Positions 1 to 8,148 of a stretch of DNA of 10,025 bases are shown here, one piece after another; the first letter of the stretch is position 1; every line of letters starts with the position of its first letter. The notes under the pieces are model-generated. The model ran no database searches, had not been told where the DNA came from, and saw only the letters and a list, made by a program, of their open reading frames with translations. The position numbers were made by a program, and so were the translations under genes. Source of the stretch: Octopus sinensis (Eukaryota); NCBI RefSeq assembly GCF_006345805.1, contig NW_021827703.1:1-10025 (forward strand), read 5' to 3'.

Positions 1-323
1 ACACAGAAACATACACACCCACACCACACACACCACACAAACATTGGCTGAATATAATACATTCAATAGTAAAATATTAAAACCTGGACAATCCCAAGCC
101 ACTCACTATCAGTTAGCTTATACCTATGCATTGCAACAAAGATATTCAGATCTTAAGGAACAGCGATCACATAATCAAACTCAGTGCGTTATCTGAGTAT
201 TAAAAGCAATAGAGTAGCGCTACCCTAAGAAGACTGCAACAATGAGACAGTTGAGGGCCTTAGAAGGACTGAAAGCATTAAGACAATACTCATTAAGCGA
301 AGACGGTAAAGGTATGAAGTGGC

Positions 324-354
<31 letters not shown>

Positions 355-362
355 CATACATA
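324..362. repeat. (AT)n-(CATA)n microsatellite
   Basis: Read directly: (AT)n 324-350 then CATA units. Confidence 0.95.
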
Positions 363-371
363 AACTGTAGT

Positions 372-730
372 GGAGGCGCAATGGCCCAGTGGTTAGGACA
401 GCGGACTCGCGGTCATAGGATCGCGGTTTCGATTCCCAGACCGGGCGTTGTGAGTGTTTATTGAGCGAAAACACCCAAAAGCTCCACGAGTCTCCGGTAG
501 GGGATGGTGGTGATCCCTGCTGTACTCTTTCACCACAACTTTCTCTCACTCTTACTTCCTGTTTCTGTTGTACCTGTATTTCAAAGGGCCGGCCTTGTCA
601 CTCTCTGTGTCACGCTGAATATCCCCGAGAACTACGTGTCTGTGGAGTGCTCAGTTAATTTCACGAGCAGGCTGTTCCGTTGATTCGGATCAACCGGAAC
701 CCTCATCGTCGTAACCGACTTAGTGCTTCC
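372..730 (+). mobile_element. tRNA-derived SINE, near full length (Octopus-type)
   Basis: Pol III A-box TGGCCCAGTGG (382-392) and B-box GGTTTCGATTCC (425-436) in a tRNA-like head, followed by ~290 nt non-tRNA body. Degenerate TSD ACATAAACTGTAGT (358-371) / ACATAAAGTGTATT (735-748), 12/14 identical. Head is similar to 9262-9360. Confidence 0.85.
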
Positions 731-802
731 ACACACATAAAGTGTATTCCGTTAGGAACGTATTAGAGTACAAAATAGAGCTCGTTCACCCTTAGAATTA
801 CC

Positions 803-945
803 TATTTCTTTATTACCCACAAGGGGCTAAACATAGAGGGGACAAACAAGGACAGACATATGTATTAAGTCGGTTACATCGACCCCAGTGCGTAACTGGT
901 ACTTAATTTATCGACCCCGAAAGGATGAAAGGCAAAGTCGACCCC
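803..945 (-). mobile_element. 5'-truncated SINE (central core plus 3' tail), same family core as 4687-4902
   Basis: 868-943 aligns with 4738-4812 (shared ACTGGTACTTAATTTATCGACC.CGAAAGGATGAA). Perfect 9-bp TSD AGAATTACC at 794-802 and 946-954. tRNA head absent. Confidence 0.9.
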
Positions 946-1098
946 AGAATTACCAAATGGCCGATAGTATTCGAAGTCTAGGTTTAGGCATTCATCGTGG
1001 GTGAAAATAAAATTGAATAAAATAGAATCAACAAGAAGGAGTACGGTTAGACAGCTACTTAATAAACACTACACGTTTCGATACAACATAGAAGCCAA

Positions 1099-1170
1099 AC
1101 ACACACACACATACATTATCTCTCTCACACACACATACACACGCGCACCCCCTCACAAATACATACACAT
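1099..1170. repeat. Degenerate (CA)n/(CT)n compound microsatellite
   Basis: Read directly. Confidence 0.8.
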
Positions 1171-1279
1171 CAACTGAGTACAAACGAGCGGAAAAGGAAT
1201 TAACCAAATTACAAATTTTCTCTGCCCAAGTGTTTTATGTGGTGTATTTTTACTTTTCCGTAGTGGTAAGGGTGAATGT

Positions 1280-1750
1280 ATATACATGGATATATACACA
1301 TAAACATACATACATATATACACATACATACATATATATATATACATACATGCATACATACATACATACATACATACATACATACATACATACATACATA
1401 CATACACACATACAGACATACATACATACACACATACATACATACAGGCATACATACATACATACATACATACAACATACATACATACACACATACAGGC
1501 ATACATACATACATACATGCATACAGGCATACATACATACATGCAGGCATACATACATACATACATACATACATACATACATACATACATACATACATAC
1601 ATACAGGCATACATACATACATACAGGCATACATACATACCATACATACACAACCAATACATACATACATACATACATACATACATACATACATACATAC
1701 ATACATACATACATACATACAGGCATACATACATACATACAGGCATACAT
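1280..1750. repeat. Long (TACA)n microsatellite with interspersed AGGC and CA variants
   Basis: Read directly; source of the HTYI/MYVC pseudo-ORFs. Confidence 0.97.
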
Positions 1751-3175
1751 GATAAATGTTGCTTTTTGGTAGTGAAAAGAGGGAAAACTGTAAACCAGAC
1801 TAACAACATTTCCCCCTTATATTTGACGAGGAATGTTGCAGGTATCTAGGGGTGGATGAAAACATATTTTACAATGTCACCTTTAGCAAAACACGTATTG
1901 CTAAAGAATATCACAGGCAAATAAAAAAAATATGGACCTCAGAACTCTGCATTCAATAAAACAGTGGCTCACAATATGTTTGCAGTGCCAGTACTCATAC
2001 GAAATTTTTGGATTGCTTGATTGGACACTTGATGAGATCCGAACCATTGATGTGAAGATCCGGAAGATACTAACCAGCACACATAATTTCCACATCAATA
2101 GTGACGTAGACTGCCTCTACCTAAAATGAAAACAAGGCGGCAGAGGTTTAACATTTATTCAGACTGCCTTTGAATGTCGTACCATGTCCCTTCAGCAACA
2201 TCTTTTAACCGCCAAGTGTCGAAGTGCCTCTCTTGACCAAGTTTGCATACATGAGGCTGATAACATCGTAAGACTTAAAAGCAGCTCCTTGAGCAGCATT
2301 CCTTGTCTGATAACCTTAAATACATGCCCAAAGAAGTCGCACGACTCTACCTCAACGTATCATCAGAGGAGAGGATGAGCAGAAGACTATGCATGGATAT
2401 GTTAATAGAAAGCTTCGAGATGATAGTAACATTGATCATCAAATCAGTCTATCATGGACGAACAACCGGATTACAACCTCTCACTTTGAAGGGTATTTGC
2501 AATCCAGGAATAGGAAATATCAACCAAATACCTAATACACAAAAGAGACAGATATTCAGGAAATGCAGTAAAATGTGTCAACCGCTGCAGAATTTGCGGA
2601 GTTAACACCGAAGGTATCACACACATCATAAACAGTTATCCGAAAATGTCATCACGGTATATCTACCGTATCGGTAGATATGATGTTGTAGCTAAGACAC
2701 TGTATCCGTCACGAGATCCGTCAGAAGGATAACCTCGAAAACAAAGAATTAAGAATCCACAGTATGGTAGAAGCCATAGCCACTCTTAATAAAAAGAACA
2801 GGTGAAATGTCCCAGTGAATACCTTAGTAAGATGTAAACATAAAAGACAACATAATGGTTTGAGATAGAGAGGAGAAACTGTGTAGAGTTGTGGAAATCA
2901 GATGCCCAGCAGATGTTAACATAAAGCTAAAGATCAGCGAAAAAGAAAATACTTACGCTGAACTTGTGAGAAATTTGAAGTTACTCTATCCAGATTACAA
3001 GTTCAGGTTTGAAATTATTAGGGCGCTGAGATATGTACCATACTGCCTAAATACCAATCTTGAGAAATTAAGCTTCTCAAAATCAGAAAGGAGAAAGCTT
3101 ATTCGAAGACTACAGATCCAAGCCATCACTGAAACTGCAAAAATCTGTAAAACTTTCCAGAAGTTTATCATTTAA
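1751..3175 (+). pseudogene. Retrotransposon ORF remnant (reverse transcriptase thumb plus RLE) with multiple frameshifts and stops
   Basis: ORF-track fragments 1517-1849 (end), 1932-2129, 2303-2605 and 2891-3175 are pieces of one ancestral frame; premature TGA at 2127-2129. Confidence 0.85.
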
Positions 3176-3369
3176 GTATATATGAGCGTGTCTAGATATG
3201 CAACTATATGCGTGAAAAGATGCACATAAAACAAAAAAAATAAATCTGCACGCATACATACATACATACCCTGTTGATGTTGAAATTCCAATGAAGGAGC
3301 CTTGGATCTACGTTAGAAACCTACTTTTTCTCTATTGGCAAGAAATCTTGAAATAAAACTAAATAATGA
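1751..3369 (+). mobile_element. 5'-truncated, decayed R4/Dong-like non-LTR retrotransposon (RT C-terminus, CCHC zinc knuckle, restriction-like endonuclease, 3' UTR)
   Basis: Manual translation across frameshifts: DKCCFLVVKRGK (1751-), YLG (1843-1851), AFNKTVAHNMFAVPVL, FGLLDWTLDEIRTIDVKIRKILT..HINSDVDCLYLK*KQGGRGL (GGRGL 2136-2150), CRICGVNTEGITHIINSY (2586-2639; CCHC with last C>Y), RYD (2676-2684; expected RHD), damaged PD followed by IMV*DREEKLCRVVEIRCPAD..K..EK, stop at 3173-3175. RT followed by CCHC-RHD-PD..E..K is the RLE-type architecture; clade assignment is by motif resemblance. Confidence 0.88.
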
Positions 3370-3462
3370 TATACATACTTACATACATACTTACATGCAC
3401 ACACAGACAGACACACACACACACACACGCGTACACTTAAACTTATATATATATATTTGTGT

Positions 3463-3517
<55 letters not shown>
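3370..3517. repeat. Compound (TACA)n-(CA)n-(TA)n microsatellite
   Basis: Read directly; pure (TA)n at 3465-3517. Confidence 0.95.
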
Positions 3518-3520
<3 letters not shown>

Positions 3521-4229
3521 TATCTATACCATAATGGAGAAAGCTACTTATAAATTAGGCATGTAACAATTACTAAAAGTACTAAGAGAAAGCAATTATT
3601 AAAAGGTTAATCGTCTGGAAATATTTTTATAAATTCATGTTCTAAGAAATTCCTATAATTTCTCGCAAATTTAAATATTCATTTCATTCACTGCGAGAGT
3701 AATACCTTCTCATTTGAAAAGTCTCTCACTTTCTCTTTTAAGTTTTCATTCGCTATTTGGAAAACCGATAGTTTATTCTATTAATTATACGTAAATATTA
3801 TTTATTATTTTATCCTATTTTTAAAATACCCGTATAATTTTTGAACGCGTGATAGCTTTGAGAAGAGCCTAAAAAGTTGGGTAATTACTATTAGAAGGGA
3901 GAAGCAAAAAGATTACCGACAAGTACTCGAAACTTGCACCTTATTCACAGTTTCCAAACACCTGTACCACTAAGCCAATATATACACAAACAAGATGCAC
4001 GAGCGACTTCAACAGTGACACACTCGCGTGCACACATAGATACACATACAAACAAATGAAAGGCAATGAATATGTGCGTGTGTGAGTTTGCTGTTCACTG
4101 ACAAAACTTCGTGCTGCATTACTTTTGCGAAGTTTTGTCAAAGCGAGGAAAATATTTTGACACAAATGAAATTTTAATGTTGAAGTGAAACTCGGAGGTC
4201 CCTTAACAGTACTACTTAAACACAGAGAT

Positions 4230-4414
4230 ACTACGTAAATACAGGTGTTACGTACAAAACATTTTAAATATACGCTGTGTGGACGTGTAATGACACCTTA
4301 ATCCTAACCAACCCTAAAACTAGCCCTAACCTTTACCCTAAAAACTAACCCTAAAACTAACCCTCTCCTTCATATCGTTACGTAGATGTATAGGGACCTC
4401 TGTATTTATGTAGT
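4230..4414. mobile_element. Putative MITE-like element with 15-bp inverted repeats and an internal telomere-like tandem
   Basis: ACTACGTAAATACAG (4230-4244) vs reverse complement of 4400-4414 (ACTACATAAATACAG), 14/15. No clear TSD seen. Confidence 0.45.
4296..4364. repeat. Telomere-like ~12-nt tandem (CCCTAAAACTAA)n
   Basis: CCC tracts at 4312, 4324, 4336, 4349 and 4361 (period 12-13). Confidence 0.75.
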
Positions 4415-4686
4415 GCCGTGAAACTAACGGTTTCTGTGTGTTCTTGAATGGCTTACAAACATCTGTGCTGCAATTGTTTTTGTTTCAGCACACTATCTCA
4501 GACCAAGTTGCTTGCTATGCAAGTACATCTCCGTAATTTTTTAAAAATCACTGTGGATGTCAGCAATGATCTTCTCAGGCTCTCCAGTATTTTAATTTCT
4601 AAACAGAAACAAACGGGGGTAGCAAAAAATTCATAATTTCTCAAATGTTCATTTTTTGTAGCATATAAATATATTTATGGGGGGAA

Positions 4687-4902
4687 ATATTCTTTTCCAC
4701 TGTGGGCACAAGGCTCGAAATTTTTGGGTAGGGGACCAGTCGATTAGATCAACCCCAGTAAGCACTGGTACTTAATTTATCGACCTCGAAAGGATGAAGG
4801 GCTATGTCGACCTCTGCGGAATTTGAACTCAAAACATAAAGACAGATGAAATACTGCTAAGCATTTCGCCCGACGTGCTAACTTTTCTGCCAGCTCGCCG
4901 TC
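4687..4902 (-). mobile_element. tRNA-derived SINE, full length (Octopus OR-type resemblance)
   Basis: On the minus strand: head GGCGAGCTGGCAGAAAAGTTAG (A-box-like, 4878-4899) and B-box GAGTTCAAATTCC (4818-4830); core shared with 868-943; different 3' tail. The family name is recalled, not searched. Confidence 0.88.
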
Positions 4903-5865
4903 TTTTGGTTAAAAAATTTTGAAAAGCATCAATACATGCGAGAGTGATAAAGAAACGAGGAGGGTTGGCTTTAGATATGCTAGAAACAACAGCCAAATCG
5001 CCCTTAAATCGCTCACTTTTCCCTCTGAAAATATTAACAATTTAAAAAAGCTTTTACCGAAATTGCTCTCCCCAGTGTTTTGAAGTGCAATAAAAAAAAC
5101 AAAAAAAAACAACTGGCCAAAATAGGCCCACAGTAGGATGATGAGGGAGGGGGTGTTTACAAGAGTTTACAAAACTTTTTACAATGAAAAATGCCCCCCC
5201 CCCCCCCGCAATCTATCGTTTCGAAGGCTGAAGTTTAAAAAAAATGAAGAAAATCCCTGAAAAAAATTTCCCCACGCATTTCTTTATAATCGTAATCTAT
5301 GCCGGGTGAAAGGGATTTGTATAAATTTTCATTAAAAGATACCCACCTTCCTGAAAGTTATGAGGGAAAAATGTCAGATCGTGTGAATTTTCCAAAACTC
5401 CTCTCTCCACTCCTCGGAAAAATTCTTTCTCTTAAGTTCCTATATACTCTTAAACGGTAAAATTTTGTTAAAATGTATCCATTTTCTGGATGTCATGAAG
5501 CAACAAAGTCGGGGGCGTATACATCCTTTTATTTATACGATTTTTTCATCTCATGTTTATTTCATTCATTGTTTGCAATGTTCTCTCTCCCTCCTCTCTC
5601 AAACAAACACTGCAAAGCTTACGGAAGGGTGCTGAATTGAAATCTCTATGTCGCTTTGAGGGGAAAGTAAAACTTGACAAACTGCTTCTCCCTCTGTTGT
5701 TGGACTACCGTGATGTTTGTTTAAAAAAGAGAGATTATGACTGTGGTAAAATAATGAAAGCAATACTTACTAAGCAAGTGAGCACTATTATATAAAGAAA
5801 TAACAAGACGTAAAATATAAGAATTATTACAACTGGGGATCAAATGTGAATATATTATCGAGGGG

Positions 5866-5902
5866 CTAGCAGAAAACCGCCGGAGGGCGGTCTTTCTGCT
5901 AG
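5866..5902 (+). mobile_element. Helitron-like 3' terminus (GC hairpin plus CTAG followed by T); 5' end not located
   Basis: Hairpin ACCGCC-GGAG-GGCGGT (5876-5891), 7 nt, CTAG (5899-5902), then T (5903). Matches the canonical hairpin-CTRR|T end. The element body probably lies somewhere in 4905-5865. Confidence 0.6.
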
Positions 5903-6150
5903 TAATATTAATAATGATAAAGAATATAGAGATTTGTGCATACATAAAATTTATTTTATAGTTATATACAGCATATTATAATGACCTACTCGTGTTTCTG
6001 TTGCAGCGACTACTCACTGTTGCATATGCAACAGTGAGCAGTCGCTGCAACGGAAACACGTGTAGGTCATTATAATATGCTGTATATAAAAACTATAAAT
6101 AAATTTTGAGGATGCACAGATCCCTATACTCTTTATTATTATTAATGTTA
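5903..6150. repeat. 248-bp spacer-less imperfect palindrome (foldback/MITE-like)
   Basis: Centre TGCAT|ATGCA at 6025/6026. Arms of 123 and 125 nt; manual alignment gives 11 substitutions and 2 indels. Confidence 0.95.
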
Positions 6151-6388
6151 ATATACACTCCAGACAATTTTTCCTGTCCAGTGAAGAAAACACGGAACTA
6201 TCCATTAGAAGAATTCACAATGTGACTAACAACTAAGTGTAGTCACAGACGTTAGATACTGATTGTTGTAGTCAGCTGGTAAGTGGAACTTAACTGAGAG
6301 CCAATACGGTATCCGCCCGGATATTATATCCCTTTAACCCCACTTACTATTCAGATAAATAATGTCAGACATCAAATTGATTCAGCAA

Positions 6389-6957
6389 ATGAAAAGGGAC
6401 ACTGTAATTGTTTCCTTAAAAGCGCAGCATAGTGATACGGAGATAGCTAGCTTCCTGAAAATTGCCCACTCTTTCATTGCCAAACTTTGAAATGGAGCTG
6501 GAAACTGTTATCAAAGATCCAACATCAGTAGTTAAATGCAAAACACATGCACAGGGCATGCGTTTTGCATTCAAAAAGTCCAAGAAATAACCGACAAAAA
6601 CCCTGGAAAGTCAATCAAAGCCATTCCAGAGAATGCACCGTCAAAGTTTCAGAATGCACCGTCAGAAGAGATGAGCATGAAGATATTCGGTACAAGTCGT
6701 ACGTGATGCATAAAGATCAGTTTATTTCGGATATGATGAGAGAGAATCGTTCGATCCGTCCGAAGCGTTTGCTAAACAAGTTAAAACACCAAGAAGCTCG
6801 AATGCTTTGGTTTTACTCCAATGAGAAAAACTTCGATCAAGACCAAAAGGTAAATCGAAGAAACGATCGATGGTTACGCAGAGACCCGAATGAGGTTCCA
6901 GCGATCACGCATACTAAGTTCCTACCAACTGTGATAGTCTTGGGAGTCGTCAGCAAC
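6389..6957 (+). pseudogene. Tc1/mariner-superfamily transposase, maT/DD37D-like, N-terminal half only, degraded
   Basis: MKRDTVIVSLKAQHSDTEIASFLKIAHSFIAKL* (HTH-like) ... HEDIRYKSYVM ... KRLLNKLKH ... WFYSNEKNFDQDQKVNRRNDRW ... HTKFLPTVIVLGVVSN. Resembles the FSDEK.F...N..NDR...K.P..VMV.G motif of Bmmar1/maT; first catalytic D reads N (AAT 6820-6822). Cut off at (CATA)n. The 5' TIR may start near 6156 (TA|CAC) but this is not confirmed. Confidence 0.85.
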
Positions 6958-6958
6958 A

Positions 6959-6989
<31 letters not shown>

Positions 6990-7007
6990 GCATGTGTATG
7001 CTTGTAC

Positions 7008-7083
<76 letters not shown>

Positions 7084-7105
7084 GTCTGTGTTCTCTCTCT
7101 CACTC

Positions 7106-7146
<41 letters not shown>
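6957..7146. repeat. Compound (CATA)n-(TCTA)18-(CT)n microsatellite
   Basis: CATA 6957-6988, TCTA 7009-7080, CT 7092-7146. Confidence 0.97.
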
Positions 7147-7148
<2 letters not shown>

Positions 7149-7152
7149 AGAA

Positions 7153-7301
7153 ATGTTAAAACTTAGATAAATAAGTTAGTTGTTTTTCATCAAACATAAC
7201 AAGTCCTATTAATATATGTACGTACGTGGTGGTATACAAAAGCTCCAGGACTTGTTATGTTTGATGAAAAATAACTAACTTATTTATCTAAGTTTTAACA
7301 T
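7153..7301. repeat. 55-bp inverted repeat with 39-nt spacer
   Basis: 7153-7207 is the reverse complement of 7247-7301 with one mismatch. Confidence 0.95.
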
Positions 7302-8133
7302 CACCTCTTTCGAAATAGTCACTTTCTACAACAATACATCGACCCCAGCGTTCCTGTCACTTTTGGAATCCAGCATGGAAATCATTTTCTGTAAGCGAGT
7401 CGAGGATCTTCTGCGATTCGCTCTGGTGTCTCGACAACAGAGTTAAAACGGCGACCTTTGAGCTGCATTTCCAATTTGGAGAAGAGATGGAAGTCCGCAG
7501 GTGCTAAATCTGGCGAAAAGGGCGGGTTTCGGAAGCAATACCTGTTGCTTTTGGCGAGAAACTCACGAGTGAGGAGAGCTCGGTGACTGGTGAATTGTCG
7601 TTGTGAAGAATCCAATTCTTCGCGCTTCACAGATTCAGTCACATTCGCCGAATGTCTTCCCTCAAACGCTTCAAAACGTCGCAGAGGAGAATTCTCGATG
7701 GGGGAGAATTCTCGATGTGCAATACCGCATTTCCGGGGTTGACGCTCATGGGAGGTCTTCCAGAACGGTCATCGTATTCCATGGATGTTCTTCCACATAT
7801 GAAGCGTCCGTGACACCCGAAACATTGCGTACAACGCAATGTCTAGTCGCCTAAGCTTACCGGAGCATACCCAGTGTCTCTGTAGCAGACTTCCCAAGTT
7901 TAACGTAAAATTTCACGTTGGCTCTTTGTTCCTGTCCATGACAAAATCGCAGACTACAGCATACACGTGATCACAAAAGCACAAATTTCACAACATGCGA
8001 AATAGATGCAGCGATGTCACTCGGCACACTGCCTCATGAAGATCACTGATAACTCTCATTACACACGCAACCGTGTGCTGCCATCTGTTGGCGCGCTACA
8101 GAACTAGTCCGGGAACTTTTTGATACTATTTCG
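7225..8133 (-). mobile_element. Internally deleted mariner (DD34D) element, 909 bp, with TIRs and TA TSD
   Basis: TA|CGTGGTGGTATACAAAAGCTCCAGGACT (TA 7223-7224) vs reverse complement of right end TA|CGAAATAGTATCAAAAAGTTCCCGGACT (TA 8134-8135). Confidence 0.92.
7288..7939 (-). pseudogene. Mariner transposase remnant
   Basis: VKFYVKLGKSATETLGML, DDRSGRP (HTH region); junction near 7686-7720; WILHNDN (D at 7597-7599), PPFSPDLAPADFHLF (7493-7516; 104 nt D-to-D, one base short of DD34D spacing), QERWGRCI..SDYFE, stop 7288-7290. The WVPHEL linker and first catalytic D are deleted. Confidence 0.92.
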
Positions 8134-8148
8134 TATGTGCATGTAAGG

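Noticed and set aside
218-330. Short open frame RYPKKTATMRQLRALEGLKALRQYSLSEDGKG with possible GT donors
   Set aside because: No pyrimidine-rich acceptor and no recognisable homology.
372-445. Possible tRNA gene
   Set aside because: A/B boxes are present but no convincing acceptor stem or oligo-T terminator; it continues into a SINE body with a TSD.
1153-1849. Long ORFs (MYVCMYVC / HTYIHTYI) on both strands
   Set aside because: Translations of (TACA)n, which lacks stop codons in these frames; not genes.
4477-4530. Plus-strand acceptor-like TTTTTGTTTCAG
   Set aside because: Only a weak donor downstream and no recognisable peptide.
5194-5207. C14 homopolymer
   Set aside because: Simple run, common inside non-autonomous elements; length is unreliable in assemblies.
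5553-5795. 80-aa ORF
   Set aside because: No recognisable motif; lies in the probable Helitron-like body.
6547-7170. 207-aa ORF as a functional transposase
   Set aside because: The true start is at 6389 and is interrupted by a stop and frameshifts; first catalytic D is N; the C-terminal 70 aa are microsatellite.
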